Shown in pieces: positions 17,238-28,680 of a stretch of DNA of 64,000 nucleotides. The translations under genes and the position numbers were made by a program. Within the stretch, counting starts at the first letter, position 1. Each line of letters begins with the position of its first letter. Location of the stretch: NCBI GenBank assembly GCA_964385255.1, contig CAYLOH010000004.1, positions 15,060-79,059 of the forward strand. The letters run 5' to 3'. This stretch comes from an uncultured Rubrivirga sp. Lineage in GTDB: Bacteria > Actinomycetota > Actinomycetes > S36-B12. Under the pieces are notes generated by a model, which was not told the origin of the DNA, made no database searches, and was given only the letters and a program-made list of their open reading frames with translations.

Positions 17238-18536
17238 ATGTCCACGCGGGATGAGGTGACGATCGCCCTGCTCGGCGGGGGCACCGTGGGAACCTCGGTG
17301 GTCGAACTCCTGTCCGAGCATGCGTCCGACTTCGCCGAGAGGGTCGGGGCTCCGCTCCGACTCACCGCCGTAGCCGTGAGGGACAAAGCTCGCCCACGTC
17401 CGGGTATTCCAGCGGAGCTGCTCTCCGACGATCCGATGGCGGTGGCCACAAGCGGTGCGGACATCGTGATCGAGGTCATGGGCGGCATCGAACCGGCGCG
17501 TTCCTGCATTCTGGCTGCCATGGCCGCAGGGTCGAGTGTGGTCACTGCCAACAAGGCGTTGCTGGCGGAAGATGGTGCCGCCTTGTATGAGGCCGCCGCT
17601 CGCCATGGTGTCGATTTGTATTTCGAGGCCTCGGTAGCGGGAGCGATCCCCCTTTTGCGACCGCTGCGTGAGTCCTTGGCTGGAGATCGTGTTCGCAAGG
17701 TCATGGGCATCGTCAACGGCACGACCAACTTCATGCTCACGAAGATGGACGAGCAGGGTGTCGCGTACGCGGATGTCTTCGACGAAGCCAACGCACTCGG
17801 GTACCTGGAGGCCGATCCATCGCTCGACGTCGACGGCCATGACGCCGCAGCGAAGGCGGCGATCTTGGCTGAGTTGGCCTTCCACACCCGTGTGACCCTC
17901 AAGGACGTCCACGTGGAAGGCATTTCGAACGTGACCCCCGACGACATGGCGGCGGCACGTGACATGGGGTTCGTCATCAAGTTGCTGGCGATCGCCGAAT
18001 TGGTGGATGACGGTGAATCGCTCGGCGTGATCGTCCGCGTTCACCCCGCGATGCTGCCCCGCACCCATCCGCTCGCAGCGGTGCGTGAGTCGTTCAACGC
18101 GGTCTTCGTCGAGGCGGACGCCGCCGGGCAGATGATGTTCTATGGCCGAGGGGCCGGGGGAAGGCCCACGGCCAGTGCCGTTCTCGGGGATGTCGTCGCC
18201 GCCGCGCGCAACCGGTTGAGCGGCAGCAAGGGACCGGGGGAGAGCACCTACACCCAGTTGCCGATCCTGCCGATCGGAATGGCGAAGACCGAGTATTACG
18301 TCAATCTCGATGTCGCCGACAGGCCAGGGGTGCTGGCGAGTGTGGCGACGGCTTTCGCAAACAACGGTGTGAGCATCCAGGTCGTCCATCAAGAAGGGCA
18401 CGGTCACGACGCTGGACTTGTCGTGCGCACCCATCGGGCCAGTGATGCCGCGCTCCAGGCAACTGTGGAGAACCTGCGTAGCTTGGACACCGTCCGCAGA
18501 GTCGTCGGAGTGATGCGTGTGGAGGGTGAGGCATGA
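17238..18536 (+). CDS. hom: Homoserine dehydrogenase with C-terminal ACT domain
   Basis: Motifs [32 protein letters not shown] and DAAAKA; ACT motif DRPGVLA. Confidence 0.96.
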   Translation: MSTRDEVTIALLGGGTVGTSVVELLSEHASDFAERVGAPLRLTAVAVRDKARPRPGIPAELLSDDPMAVATSGADIVIEVMGGIEPARSCILAAMAAGSSVVTANKALLAEDGAALYEAAARHGVDLYFEASVAGAIPLLRPLRESLAGDRVRKVMGIVNGTTNFMLTKMDEQGVAYADVFDEANALGYLEADPSLDVDGHDAAAKAAILAELAFHTRVTLKDVHVEGISNVTPDDMAAARDMGFVIKLLAIAELVDDGESLGVIVRVHPAMLPRTHPLAAVRESFNAVFVEADAAGQMMFYGRGAGGRPTASAVLGDVVAAARNRLSGSKGPGESTYTQLPILPIGMAKTEYYVNLDVADRPGVLASVATAFANNGVSIQVVHQEGHGHDAGLVVRTHRASDAALQATVENLRSLDTVRRVVGVMRVEGEA

Positions 18537-19600
18537 GCGGCGCGCACCAGTGGCGCGGTGTCATCGAGGAGTACCGGGATCGCCTTCCGGTCGACGACGC
18601 CACTCCCGTCGTCTCGTTGCGCGAAGGTGGTACGCCGCTCGTCTACGCATGTTCGCTCAGCGAAACGTTGGGTTGCGAGGTGTGGCTGAAGTTCGAAGGC
18701 GCCAATCCCACCGGATCCTTCAAGGACCGAGGCATGACCCTCGCCATCAGCAAGGCAGCCCAAGAAGGCGCACGCGCCGTCATCTGCGCTTCGACCGGGA
18801 ACACCTCGGCAAGTGCCTCCGCGTATGCGGTGAAGGCGGGAATGGTCTCGGGAGTTCTCGTTCCCCAGGGGAAGATCGCGATGGGCAAGCTCGCTCAGGC
18901 GATCATCCACGGCGCCCGGTTATTGCAGGTGGACGGGAATTTCGATGACTGCCTGACAGTTGCTCGGGAACTGTCCGACTGCTATCCCGTGTCCTTGGTC
19001 AACAGCGTGAACCCGGTTCGTATCGAAGGACAGAAGACGGCAAGCTTCGAGGTCGTCGACATGCTCGGTAGAGCTCCAGACATCCATGCATTGCCCGTAG
19101 GCAATGCTGGAAACATCACTGCGTACTGGCGCGGATACACCGAGTACCACCGCGATGGTCTCGCCGATGGGTTGCCCCGAATGTGGGGATTCCAGGCGGC
19201 GGGCGCTGCGCCCTTGGTCTCCGGGACACCCGTGCTCAAGCCCGAGACCATTGCGACCGCCATTCGAATCGGCAATCCGGCGTCCTGGGACGCGGCGATC
19301 GCCGCACGAGACGACTCCGGGGGGTTGATCGATTCGGTCACCGACGAGGAGATCCTCGCGGCTTACCGCCTGTTGGCGGCGACCGAAGGGTTGTTCTGCG
19401 AGCCGTCGAGCGCAGCGGGCGTCGCAGGATTGTTGAAGATGAAGAGTTCCGGCACGTTGGACCCCGGGCAGGTCATCGTGGTGACGTTGACGGGCAACGG
19501 GTTGAAGGACCCCCAGTGGGCCCTGGACGCGGCCCCGGAACCGATCGTCGTGCCGGTCGACGTCGACGAAGCCGCTCGCGCCTTGGGCTTGACCGGCTGA
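18533..19600 (+). CDS. thrC: Threonine synthase
   Basis: Motifs [24 protein letters not shown] and TGNGLKD. Confidence 0.96.
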   Translation: MSGAHQWRGVIEEYRDRLPVDDATPVVSLREGGTPLVYACSLSETLGCEVWLKFEGANPTGSFKDRGMTLAISKAAQEGARAVICASTGNTSASASAYAVKAGMVSGVLVPQGKIAMGKLAQAIIHGARLLQVDGNFDDCLTVARELSDCYPVSLVNSVNPVRIEGQKTASFEVVDMLGRAPDIHALPVGNAGNITAYWRGYTEYHRDGLADGLPRMWGFQAAGAAPLVSGTPVLKPETIATAIRIGNPASWDAAIAARDDSGGLIDSVTDEEILAAYRLLAATEGLFCEPSSAAGVAGLLKMKSSGTLDPGQVIVVTLTGNGLKDPQWALDAAPEPIVVPVDVDEAARALGLTG

Positions 19601-19627
19601 TGGGTACGAACTCATGAGCCAGAACCC

Positions 19628-20554
19628 ATGAGCGCTTCACTTCGCAGTGGTCCGGTTCGCGTGCTGGTGCCGGCGAGCAGTGCCAACATCGGCGCGGGTT
19701 TCGACTCCCTGGGTTTGGCGCTGGCCGTCCACGATGAGCTCATTGCCATGGTCACCGAGGACGAAGGCGTCCTGGTCGAGGTGGCAGGCGAAGGTGAAGC
19801 CGAGTTACCCCGCGACGAGAGTCATCTCGTCGTGCAGGCGATGCAGGTCGCGTTCGATGCGATGGGTGTGCGACCGCCGGGTTTCGTCCTGCGATGTCGC
19901 AACGCGATTCCCCACGGGCGCGGTCTGGGTTCATCGGCTGCCGCGATCATCGGTGGCATGGTGCTCGCACGCTCCCTGGTGACCGGCGTGGAATTCGACG
20001 ACGACGCGCTCTTGGCTACCGCGACGACCCTGGAGTCGCATCCGGACAACCTGGCGGCGGCGCTATGGGGAGGTTTCACGGTTGCCTGGTTGGGGGAGGA
20101 CGGGAGCCCCGGCGCCGTGCGCTTGACCCCGCATGAGGACATCCGCGTGGTGGTGGCGCTGCCGATCGACACGTTGCCGACCGTTACGGCCCGTGAGGTA
20201 CTGCCGCAGGTGGTTGCGCATGCGGATGCAAGTCACAACGTGGCCCGCTCCGCCTTGATGGTTCATGCGATGACCACGCGACCGGATCTGCTGTGGGAGG
20301 CCACGTCCGATCGACTGCATCAGCAAGCGCGGTCGGGGGTCTACCCGGCGTCGGTTGCCTTGATGGAGCGTTTGCGTGGCGCCGGAATAGCCGCGGCCAT
20401 CTCCGGTGCTGGACCTTCCGTCATCGCCTTGTCCGGGGAGTCCGACATCGAGGCTTCCGTGGCACAGGTCGTAGCGGATCTTCCCCGCTGGGGTGTCCGG
20501 GAGATCCCGATCGGTCTGCTGGGAGCCCACGAAAGCCCCCTGAGCGGGGTGTGA
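19628..20554 (+). CDS. thrB: Homoserine kinase
   Basis: Motifs PASSANIGAGFD, IPHGRGLGSSAAA, ESHPDN and ISGAGPS. Confidence 0.95.
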   Translation: MSASLRSGPVRVLVPASSANIGAGFDSLGLALAVHDELIAMVTEDEGVLVEVAGEGEAELPRDESHLVVQAMQVAFDAMGVRPPGFVLRCRNAIPHGRGLGSSAAAIIGGMVLARSLVTGVEFDDDALLATATTLESHPDNLAAALWGGFTVAWLGEDGSPGAVRLTPHEDIRVVVALPIDTLPTVTAREVLPQVVAHADASHNVARSALMVHAMTTRPDLLWEATSDRLHQQARSGVYPASVALMERLRGAGIAAAISGAGPSVIALSGESDIEASVAQVVADLPRWGVREIPIGLLGAHESPLSGV

Positions 20555-20759
20555 CGACGCGGGTGGTACCTTGGAGGTGCCTCGCAGGTCCGCTTGGGGC
20601 GTTCTCCGATCCAAGCGACGCACATCAAGGCGAATCCACGGCTCTTCTTCCCCGCTAGGCACAAAGACCGGGATTCACGGGGCGGCCCACGATTCGGCAC
20701 AACGCCGACGGGCCCATGTTCACACTCCCGTCCGGGAGTCCGGTAATCCGAAGGACACC

Positions 20760-22406
20760 ATGACTGACACCACCACATCGCGCGCTGCCGATCGCGGCAG
20801 CAGCCTCGCCTCCATGCTGCTTCCTGAACTCAAGCAACTGGCACAGCAGTTGGGCATCACGGGCTCAAGCGGGATGCGCAAACAAGACCTCGTCGCTGCC
20901 ATCAGTGAGCGCCAGAAGCAAGGCGGTGCTCCGCGCCGCTCACGGAGCGCCTCGCGCCCGGCGGGTGCACCGGGAGAGGGTGGGACCGAGGACCGCGATC
21001 AGTCCGGACGCGATCAGTCCGGACGCGATCAGTCCGGGCGCGATCAGTCCGGGCGCGAGCAGTCCGGACGCGAGCGACAAGGACGCGACCAGTCCGACCG
21101 AGGCGGGTCGGCTTCCGACCGCGATTCGGGGGATCGGGGCGACCGGGGCGACCGCGACGAAGGCGGACGCCGCCGCCGCCGCGGCCGAGATCGCTTCCGC
21201 GACCGGCGGGACCGCAAGGGCGGCTTCAGCGAAGCCGAGCCGGTCATCTCCGAAGACGACGTACTCGCTCCCGTCGCCGGCATCGTGGACGTTCTCGACA
21301 ACTACGCGTTCGTTCGCACCAGTGGCTACCTGCCCGGTCCCAACGACGTCTACGTTTCGCTGTCCTTGGTGCGCAAGTACGGCCTTCGCAAAGGTGATGC
21401 GATCACCGGACAGGTTCGTCAGCCGCGAGACGGCGAGCGTCGCGAGAAGTTCAATCCGCTCGTTTCGGTCGACACGATCAACGGAGGCGACGTCGATGCC
21501 GCCAAGAATCGCCCGGAGTTCTCGAAGCTGACCCCTCTGTACCCCCAGGATCGGTTGCGTCTGGAGACGACGCCGCAGAACCTCACGACCCGTGTCATCG
21601 ATCTCGTGGCCCCCATTGGCAAGGGGCAGCGTGGACTGATCGTCTCGCCGCCGAAAGCGGGCAAGACCATGGTTCTCCAGGCCATCGCGAACGCGATCAC
21701 GGAGAACAACCCCGAATGTCACCTCATGGTCGTGCTCGTCGACGAACGCCCCGAGGAAGTCACCGACATGCAGCGCTCGGTCAAGGGTGAGGTCATCGCC
21801 TCCACCTTCGACCGGCCGGCGGAAGACCACACGATCATCGCCGAGTTGTCGATCGAGCGTGCCAAGCGTTTGGTCGAACTCGGTCACGACGTGGTGGTGT
21901 TGCTCGACTCGATGACTCGGTTGGGCCGTGCCTACAACCTCGCGGCACCTGCATCCGGGCGCATCTTGTCCGGTGGTGTCGATTCCACCGCGCTCTACCC
22001 ACCCAAGAAGTTCTTCGGCGCGGCACGCAACATCGAAAATGGTGGTTCGCTCACGATCCTGGCGACGGCTCTCGTGGAGACGGGCTCGCGAATGGACGAG
22101 GTCATCTTCGAGGAGTTCAAGGGCACCGGCAACATGGAGCTCAAGCTGGATCGTCGTCTGGCCGACAAGCGCATCTTCCCCGCGGTCGATGTCGATGCCT
22201 CGGGCACCCGCAAGGAGGAGCTGCTCATGTCGAGCGAGGAGCTCAAGATCGTCTGGAAACTCAGGCGCGTCCTCCATGCTCTGGATCAGCAGCAGTCGAT
22301 CGAGTTGCTCCTGAGCAAGCTTCGGGAGAACGACAACAACTACGACTTCCTCCTTCAGGTCCAAAAGACCACCCCGTCCGTCTCGGGGTCCAGCGACGAC
22401 GACTGA
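20760..22406 (+). CDS. rho: Transcription termination factor Rho with actinobacterial N-terminal insertion
   Basis: Motifs [24 protein letters not shown] and FKGTGNMEL; GAAGGA RBS before ATG 20760. Confidence 0.97.
   Translation: MTDTTTSRAADRGSSLASMLLPELKQLAQQLGITGSSGMRKQDLVAAISERQKQGGAPRRSRSASRPAGAPGEGGTEDRDQSGRDQSGRDQSGRDQSGREQSGRERQGRDQSDRGGSASDRDSGDRGDRGDRDEGGRRRRRGRDRFRDRRDRKGGFSEAEPVISEDDVLAPVAGIVDVLDNYAFVRTSGYLPGPNDVYVSLSLVRKYGLRKGDAITGQVRQPRDGERREKFNPLVSVDTINGGDVDAAKNRPEFSKLTPLYPQDRLRLETTPQNLTTRVIDLVAPIGKGQRGLIVSPPKAGKTMVLQAIANAITENNPECHLMVVLVDERPEEVTDMQRSVKGEVIASTFDRPAEDHTIIAELSIERAKRLVELGHDVVVLLDSMTRLGRAYNLAAPASGRILSGGVDSTALYPPKKFFGAARNIENGGSLTILATALVETGSRMDEVIFEEFKGTGNMELKLDRRLADKRIFPAVDVDASGTRKEELLMSSEELKIVWKLRRVLHALDQQQSIELLLSKLRENDNNYDFLLQVQKTTPSVSGSSDDD
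20994..21098 (+). repeat. Seven tandem 15-bp units (CGCGATCAGTCCGGR consensus) encoding RDQSG in the Rho insertion domain
   Basis: Four near-identical units followed by three degenerate ones, read directly from the sequence. Confidence 0.9.
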
Positions 22407-22418
22407 CGGTGGGCGTGG

Positions 22419-22497
22419 CATACTTTCCAGGCTCCGGTTCACGGCCGTCGGCGCGAAGGATGCCGACAAGTCCGACCCGGACGACCGACTGAAGGAC
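22419..22497 (+). promoter_or_regulatory. rpmE promoter and structured 5' leader (probable actinobacterial L31 r-leader)
   Basis: CATACT -10 at 22419-22424, then CCGGTTCA...CGACCCGG enclosing a GTCGGC/GCCGAC hairpin before the GAAGGA RBS. The resemblance to the L31 leader is from memory. Confidence 0.55.
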
Positions 22498-22506
22498 GTG
22501 ACGATC

Positions 22507-22725
22507 GTGAAGGCTGACATCCACCCCGAGTACGTCGAAACGACGGTGACCTGCACATGCGGGAGCACCTTCACGACGCGTAGCACCGCGAAGAACGGAG
22601 TCATTCACGCGGACGTGTGTTCGCAGTGTCACCCGTTCTATACTGGCAAGCAGAAGATCCTCGACACCGGTGGACGCGTAGCGAAGTTCGAAACGCGGTA
22701 CGGCAAGGGTTCAGGATCCAAATAG
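22507..22725 (+). CDS. rpmE: 50S ribosomal protein L31, Zn-binding type
   Basis: [11 protein letters not shown]...[13 protein letters not shown]; alternative start at 22498. Confidence 0.96.
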   Translation: MKADIHPEYVETTVTCTCGSTFTTRSTAKNGVIHADVCSQCHPFYTGKQKILDTGGRVAKFETRYGKGSGSK

Positions 22726-22844
22726 CACCACTTCCGGGCGCCGGCCCGGGATCGGCCGCGTGTCTCCCCCGTCGCGCGGTCGATCCCCGACCGGCGCCCG
22801 ATCTTTTTGTCCCGCGTCGAGTCGTGTAGGGAAGGTGGGGATCG

Positions 22845-23918
22845 GTGTTCGAAAGCTGCGAGGAACTCGCGCGCGAACTCGACGAGGTCGAGCGCGAGTT
22901 GGCCGATCCTGGGGTGCACGCGGATCAGGCCCGGGCCCGCAGACTCGGGCGCCGGTACGCGGAACTACGTCCGGTCGTTGCCGCTTACCGCTTGTGGGCC
23001 GGCTTGCGGGATGACCACCAGGCTGCGCTGGAACTGGCGACCATGGGTGATGCCGCATTCGCCGCCGAGGCCGCTGCGCTCGCCGAGCGCGAGGCCCGGG
23101 CCGCCGAGCGGCTCCAGGAGTTGTTGCTACCCCGCGATCCGATGGATGACAAGGACGTGATCGTCGAGATAAAGGCTGGCGAGGGCGGAGAGGAATCCGC
23201 CCTGTTCGCCGGCGACTTATTGCGCATGTATCTGCGCTATGCCGAGCGCCGCGGATGGAGTACCGAGATCATCGACGCCGTCGAGTCCGATCTCGGCGGC
23301 TACAAGGACGTCTCGGTGGCCGTCAAGGCGAAGGGTGTGCCAGAACCGGGGGAGGCTCCCTACGCCCGATTGAAGTTCGAAGGGGGCGTACATCGCGTTC
23401 AACGCGTCCCCGTGACCGAATCCCAGGGACGCATTCACACGTCGGCAGCAGGAGTCCTCGTTTTGCCGGAAGCCGAAGATGTCGACGTCACCATCGACCC
23501 GAATGATCTGCGCATCGATGTATACCGATCGTCCGGTCCGGGTGGGCAGAGCGTGAACACCACGGACTCCGCGGTACGCATCACGCACCTTCCCTCGGGA
23601 GTCGTCGTCTCCTGTCAGAACGAAAAGAGTCAGCTTCAGAACCGAGAGCAGGCCATGCGCATCCTGCGTGCAAGGCTCTTGGCCCTCGCCGAGGAGCAGG
23701 CGGCACAAGAGGCATCGGATGCCCGGCGTAGCCAGGTGCGCACGGTCGATCGAAGTGAGCGCATTCGCACGTACAACTTCCCGGAGAATCGCATCAGTGA
23801 CCATCGAGTCGGCTTCAAGGCGCACAACCTCGATCAGGTGCTGGATGGAGATCTCGACGCCATCGTCGACGCGTGCTCCAGCGCCGATCGCGAGTCACGG
23901 CTGACATCCGAGAGTTGA
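22845..23918 (+). CDS. prfA: Peptide chain release factor 1
   Basis: PVT recognition motif, GGQ motif and RIRTYNFP. Confidence 0.97.
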   Translation: MFESCEELARELDEVERELADPGVHADQARARRLGRRYAELRPVVAAYRLWAGLRDDHQAALELATMGDAAFAAEAAALAEREARAAERLQELLLPRDPMDDKDVIVEIKAGEGGEESALFAGDLLRMYLRYAERRGWSTEIIDAVESDLGGYKDVSVAVKAKGVPEPGEAPYARLKFEGGVHRVQRVPVTESQGRIHTSAAGVLVLPEAEDVDVTIDPNDLRIDVYRSSGPGGQSVNTTDSAVRITHLPSGVVVSCQNEKSQLQNREQAMRILRARLLALAEEQAAQEASDARRSQVRTVDRSERIRTYNFPENRISDHRVGFKAHNLDQVLDGDLDAIVDACSSADRESRLTSES

Positions 23919-23933
23919 CGGGGTGTTCCTGCG

Positions 23934-24962
23934 GTGACCTCTTCGCGCGGATCGAAGTACAGCTTCGACGACACAGGTGCTGCCGCCCAAGGCGCACTGG
24001 GGGATGCGCGCCGCTCGTCGGTTCGTGACCTTCTGTACGACGCTCAGCGGCGCCTGACGGCGGCGGGCGTTGCGTCCCCCAAAGCCGATGCGGCGTTGCT
24101 CATGTCCTGGGTGCTGGACGTCCCCATGACTCGCCTGATCTTGCAGGATGAACCGACACCCGAGCAGCGCCTGGCCTTCGAGCGAGCGCTGGCTCGCCGC
24201 CTCAGTCGCGTGCCCGTGCAGCACATCACCGGTCGGGCGCCGTTTCGACGCATCGAAGTGAGCGTCGGCCCGGGAGTTTTCATCCCACGACCGGAGACGG
24301 AACTGGTGTGTGAGGCCGCCCTGCGTGGCGCACGCGAGACGAGTGCCCCGATCGTGGTCGACCTGTGCGCAGGTTCAGGAGCTATCGGGTTGTCGTTGGC
24401 GCTCGAGGCGCCCGGCTCGAGCGTGTACATGGTCGAGCTCGATGACGCGGCGCTGGACTGGGCGCGGCGCAACCTGCACGAGCACCGCCGTGCCCTCGAC
24501 GACGCAGGCTCGACAGTCGAGCTCATCCAGGCTGACGCAGGAGCCGTTGCCGATCCCGGCGGGGCTCTCGCGGGTTTGATCGGGCGAGTCGATGTCGTCG
24601 TATCGAACCCGCCCTACATACCTGATGGGATGGTCCCGCGGGACGTCGAAGTGCGCGACCACGATCCAGCGATGGCGTTGTTCGGCGGTCCGTCGGGGTT
24701 GGATGTGGTGGAACGGGTGATCACGACCGCGGCGCTTCTTCTGCGACCTGGGGGACTGTTCGTCATCGAACATGCCGACGTCCAAGGTCCGCAGGCGTCG
24801 GACGGGGGAGTCGTGCAGATGGTGCGATCGCTGACACTGGACGAGTCGATGGCGACGGTGCTGCCGGGCCTGCCCGGTCGCCCGTTGTTCGAAGGCGTGC
24901 AGGATCGATTGGACTTGACAGGTTTGCCGCGCTTCACCATGGCGATCAGGAGCAATCCGTGA
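23934..24962 (+). CDS. prmC: Release factor glutamine methyltransferase
   Basis: Motifs VFIPRPETE, DLCAGSGAI and SNPPY; follows prfA. Confidence 0.94.
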   Translation: MTSSRGSKYSFDDTGAAAQGALGDARRSSVRDLLYDAQRRLTAAGVASPKADAALLMSWVLDVPMTRLILQDEPTPEQRLAFERALARRLSRVPVQHITGRAPFRRIEVSVGPGVFIPRPETELVCEAALRGARETSAPIVVDLCAGSGAIGLSLALEAPGSSVYMVELDDAALDWARRNLHEHRRALDDAGSTVELIQADAGAVADPGGALAGLIGRVDVVVSNPPYIPDGMVPRDVEVRDHDPAMALFGGPSGLDVVERVITTAALLLRPGGLFVIEHADVQGPQASDGGVVQMVRSLTLDESMATVLPGLPGRPLFEGVQDRLDLTGLPRFTMAIRSNP

Positions 24963-25654
24963 GCGCAGCGACGGTGTGGGACTGCGCCGACATGGCCTCG
25001 CGAGACAAGGCTCTGTCCGGAGCCGTTGCGGCGATGCGCCGAGGTGGTCTCGTAGTGCTGCCTACGGAGAACTGCTATGTCGTGGCGACCGACGCCTTCT
25101 CGGTGAAGGGCACCGCGCTACTTCGGCGGGCAAAACTCCAACAGCCGAACGCGCCCCTCGGTTTGCTCGTTGCCTCCCCGGAGACGGTATCCGGTGTCGC
25201 GGCTCGCATCCCGCCTACCGCGCAGGTACTCATGCGGACCTTCTGGCCGGGTCTGCTCACCATCTTGCTTCGGCCACAGGCGACCCTCGCCTGGGATCAC
25301 CCACCGCAGGCGCCGCTCGCCGTGCGCATGCCACTGCACCCGATCGCCTTGGCGGTGTGCCGTCGACTGGGTCCGATAGCCGCGAGCGCCGCAGCACTCT
25401 CGGGTGCTCCGGCGCCAACGACGGTGGCCGAAGCCCTGGATTCCCTGGGTGACGACGTAGCCGGCGCCCTGGACGTCGGTCCCGTGGGAATGCAATCGTG
25501 GTCGAACACCGAAGACCACAATCAGGCCAGCACCATCGTGGACGTCCGCACGCGACCAGCGACCATCGTCCGTGAGGGCGCGGTCAGTTCGCAGCGTGTG
25601 GAGGAAGTCCTTGCCGGGCTCTCGGGGGATACAGTGGCCGACGAGCCGACGTAA
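24959..25654 (+). CDS. tsaC: L-threonylcarbamoyladenylate synthase (TsaC/Sua5 family), somewhat divergent
   Basis: Motifs LPTENCY, FWPGLLT, AVRMP and ASTIVD; conserved position after prmC. Confidence 0.8.
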   Translation: MSAATVWDCADMASRDKALSGAVAAMRRGGLVVLPTENCYVVATDAFSVKGTALLRRAKLQQPNAPLGLLVASPETVSGVAARIPPTAQVLMRTFWPGLLTILLRPQATLAWDHPPQAPLAVRMPLHPIALAVCRRLGPIAASAAALSGAPAPTTVAEALDSLGDDVAGALDVGPVGMQSWSNTEDHNQASTIVDVRTRPATIVREGAVSSQRVEEVLAGLSGDTVADEPT

Positions 25655-25695
25655 TGAACCGGTAGTCAAGTGGCGTGCGGAGTAGGAGTCGTCTG

Positions 25696-26991
25696 ATGAA
25701 CCCAGCGGCGGACCGTGACATTTTCTGGGGACCGGACTTCGGTGCCCTGCAGGCGGAGGATCCGCAGATCGCCGCGATCATCCTCAGCGAGTTGGAGCGT
25801 CTGCGAAGCGGTCTCCAGTTGATCGCGAGTGAGAACTTCACCTCGCCGGCGGTTCTCGCCGCACTGGGCTCCACGTTGAGCAACAAGTACGCCGAGGGTT
25901 ATCCCGGCCGTCGCTACTACGGAGGGTGTTCGGAAGTCGATTCAGCGGAGGAGATCGGCATCGAGCGCGCCAAGGTGCTTTTCGGTGCTGAGCACGCGAA
26001 CCTCCAGCCGCATAGTGGTGCGAGCGCGAACATCGCCGCTTACGGCGCCTTCACAATGCCAGGCGACACCGTCTTGGCGATGAGTCTCCCGCACGGTGGT
26101 CACCTCACCCACGGTTCTCCGGTGAACTTCTCTGGCAAGTGGTTCAACGTGGTGTCCTACGGCGTTCGCCGTGACACTGAGTTGATCGACTACGACCAGG
26201 TGCGTGAACTAGCTCGACAGCATCGACCCAAGATGATCATCTGCGGTGCTACCGCCTATCCACGACTCATCGACTTCGCAGCATTCCGAGAGATTGCCGA
26301 CGAGGTCGGCGCGATATTGATGGTGGACGCTGCTCACTTCATCGGTCTCGTGGCAGGCAAGGCCATCCCGAGTCCGGTGCCCTACGCCGACGTTGTCACC
26401 TTCACCACGCACAAGGTTCTTCGTGGACCACGCGGGGGGATGATGCTGTCGAAGGCAGAACATGCCAAAGCGATCGACAAGGCGGTCTTCCCCATGATGC
26501 AGGGCGGGCCGTTGATGCATGCCGTCGCGGCCAAGGCAGTCGCCCTCAAGGAGGCGGCCTCATCTGAGTACCAGGCCTACGCAGCTCAGGTGATCCGCAA
26601 CGCCCAGGCGTTGTGCGAGGGGCTCGCCGAACACGGAATGCGGCCGACCAGCGGCGGCACCGACACGCACTTGGCGCTGATCGATCTCCAGCCGATCGGT
26701 GTGACCGGCACCGAGGCTGAGCAACGTTGCGACGCAGCGCGCATCACGCTGAACAAGAACGCTATTCCCTACGACCCGCAGCCGCCGTCCATCGGTTCGG
26801 GCATCCGCGTGGGCACCCCGGCGGTCACCACACAGGGCATGGTCGAATCGGACATGCGGGAGATCTCCGAACTCATCGCTCGCGCCGTAGTCGACGCGGA
26901 CGGCTCGGCCGCTGGGGACATCGCGACCCAGGTGGGCAAGTTGGTGTCGCGTCACCCGGCTTACCCGCGAGCGGGCACGAGCGTGGGCTAG
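25696..26991 (+). CDS. glyA: Serine hydroxymethyltransferase
   Basis: Motifs LIASENF, NKYAEGYPGRRYYGGC, GGHLTHG and TTHKVLRGPRGG. Confidence 0.97.
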   Translation: MNPAADRDIFWGPDFGALQAEDPQIAAIILSELERLRSGLQLIASENFTSPAVLAALGSTLSNKYAEGYPGRRYYGGCSEVDSAEEIGIERAKVLFGAEHANLQPHSGASANIAAYGAFTMPGDTVLAMSLPHGGHLTHGSPVNFSGKWFNVVSYGVRRDTELIDYDQVRELARQHRPKMIICGATAYPRLIDFAAFREIADEVGAILMVDAAHFIGLVAGKAIPSPVPYADVVTFTTHKVLRGPRGGMMLSKAEHAKAIDKAVFPMMQGGPLMHAVAAKAVALKEAASSEYQAYAAQVIRNAQALCEGLAEHGMRPTSGGTDTHLALIDLQPIGVTGTEAEQRCDAARITLNKNAIPYDPQPPSIGSGIRVGTPAVTTQGMVESDMREISELIARAVVDADGSAAGDIATQVGKLVSRHPAYPRAGTSVG

Positions 26992-27002
26992 GCGCCTTTC
27001 TC

Positions 27003-28142
27003 GTGCGCGAATACATCCTGTGCCTGTTGGCCGCGGCAGCGGTCACGTACCTGCTCACGCCCTTCGCCCGGGAGTTGGCCCTCAAGTGGCGGGTGATGGC
27101 GGTCGTTCGCGACAGGGACGTCCACGCCACCCCAACGCCGCTGTTGGGCGGGCTGGCCATGGTGGGCGGATTGCTCGCAGGTCTGATCCTGGCAAGCAAA
27201 CTCCCCATGATGAGTTCAGTCTTCGACAGCGCTCGCACGCCTGTCGCCCTGCTCTCTGGCGTGGCGATCATCGTCGCCCTGGGCATCATCGATGACAAGT
27301 GGGGACTCGACGCCCCCACGAAACTCGCTGGGCAAGTCCTTGCTGCCGGTGTCATGGCCTTCCAAGGAATCGCGATCATCTGGCTACCGATCGGTGGGAC
27401 GTTCGTTCTCGACCCGCTGACGAGTGTCCTGTTCACGGTCTTGATCGTGGTCATCAGCATCAACGCCATCAACTTCGTCGACGGTTTGGACGGTCTGGCC
27501 GCCGGCATAGTTCTCGTCGCAGCTGGCGCGTTCTTCGGCTATGCCTATCTGCTCAGCGTCGAGTCAGGACTGGAGCGGGCCACCTTGGCCACGTTGGTCA
27601 GCGTGTTGCTCGTCGGCATGACGGCCGGCTTCCTCCCGCACAACTACGCGCCCGCACGCGTCTTCATGGGAGACACCGGTTCGATGCTGCTGGGCTTGCT
27701 CTTGGCCGCCGCCACCATCACGCTCGCTGGTCAGGTCGATCCGAGCGCCCTGGGCACCGGCGTTCTGTTGCCCACGTTGCTCCCGATCCTGTTGCCGATC
27801 GCGGTTATGGCCATACCGCTCATCGACCTATTGCTGGCCGTCATCCGCCGCACCAAGGCAGGTCGCAACCCCTTCGCCCCGGACAAGCAGCATCTGCATC
27901 ATCGACTCCTCGAGATGGGGCACTCCCACTCACGGGCGGTGCTGTTGATGTACGCGTGGACGGGTTTGGTCGCCGGAACCGCGGTCGCCGTCGCGTTCGT
28001 ACCGTGGCCCTACGCGATCGGCGGCTTCGCTGTCGGCCTTGCGCTACTGGTGTGGTTGGTGCGCCGACCCGGGAGGTCGTCGGCGGTTAACGAGCGTGCG
28101 CAGCAGCCCGGCGATTCCGCCAACGTTCGAAGGATAGGTTGA
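27003..28142 (+). CDS. wecA: Undecaprenyl/decaprenyl-phosphate GlcNAc-1-phosphate transferase (WecA/MraY family)
   Basis: Motifs TPLLGG, GIIDD, NAINFVDGLDGLA, FMGDTGS and DKQHLHHRL. Confidence 0.92.
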   Translation: MREYILCLLAAAAVTYLLTPFARELALKWRVMAVVRDRDVHATPTPLLGGLAMVGGLLAGLILASKLPMMSSVFDSARTPVALLSGVAIIVALGIIDDKWGLDAPTKLAGQVLAAGVMAFQGIAIIWLPIGGTFVLDPLTSVLFTVLIVVISINAINFVDGLDGLAAGIVLVAAGAFFGYAYLLSVESGLERATLATLVSVLLVGMTAGFLPHNYAPARVFMGDTGSMLLGLLLAAATITLAGQVDPSALGTGVLLPTLLPILLPIAVMAIPLIDLLLAVIRRTKAGRNPFAPDKQHLHHRLLEMGHSHSRAVLLMYAWTGLVAGTAVAVAFVPWPYAIGGFAVGLALLVWLVRRPGRSSAVNERAQQPGDSANVRRIG

Positions 28143-28146
28143 ATCA

Positions 28147-28602
28147 GTGACCTCCTCCTCCGTGTCCGACTCCTCCGCACGAAAGGGTGACGGGCCGCTT
28201 CCAGGGGTCCGTGTGCCGATGACCGCCGTCCTGCGATGGGGCTCGTTGGGTTCGCTGGCCGCGCTGGTCGTAGCGGCAGTAATCGGCTACCTCGTTGCAG
28301 GAACGGAGGGCCTGTGGGGAGCTGTCCTCGGCATCGCCATTCCCGTCGTCTTCTACTCCATCACCGTGGTCGTTGCGGTGGTGACCGTGCGTGTTCGCCC
28401 TGAGGTGTTCGGAGCCGCGATTCTGGGTTCATGGGTGGTGAAAATCGCTGTGTTGATCGGCGTTCTCGCGATCTTGAGCAATGCGACCTTTTACAGTCGC
28501 GGAGCGTTCTTCGTTGCATTCGTCGTCGGCACCGTTGGGTATCTGGTCGCTGAAGCGGTGATTGTCGTGCGCACTCGGGTGCCGTATCTCGAGCCTCACT
28601 AA
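28147..28602 (+). CDS. ATP synthase protein I-like membrane protein
   Basis: Four TM helices ending in RVPY; located upstream of the atp operon. Confidence 0.7.
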   Translation: MTSSSVSDSSARKGDGPLPGVRVPMTAVLRWGSLGSLAALVVAAVIGYLVAGTEGLWGAVLGIAIPVVFYSITVVVAVVTVRVRPEVFGAAILGSWVVKIAVLIGVLAILSNATFYSRGAFFVAFVVGTVGYLVAEAVIVVRTRVPYLEPH

Positions 28603-28680
28603 TCCGCGAGTGTGCGGCCTGCGTCACAGCCCAATTCGCGGCGAGCGGGCCCCTTGGGGGCTGTGCTAGTTTCGGTGCCG

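Noticed and set aside
20994-21098. Rho tandem repeat as a CRISPR-like array
   Set aside because: Contiguous in-frame coding units with no spacers.
22736-22810. GC-rich hairpin between rpmE and prfA
   Set aside because: GGGCGCCGG...CCGGCGCCC followed by a T-run is best explained as an ordinary terminator or attenuator.
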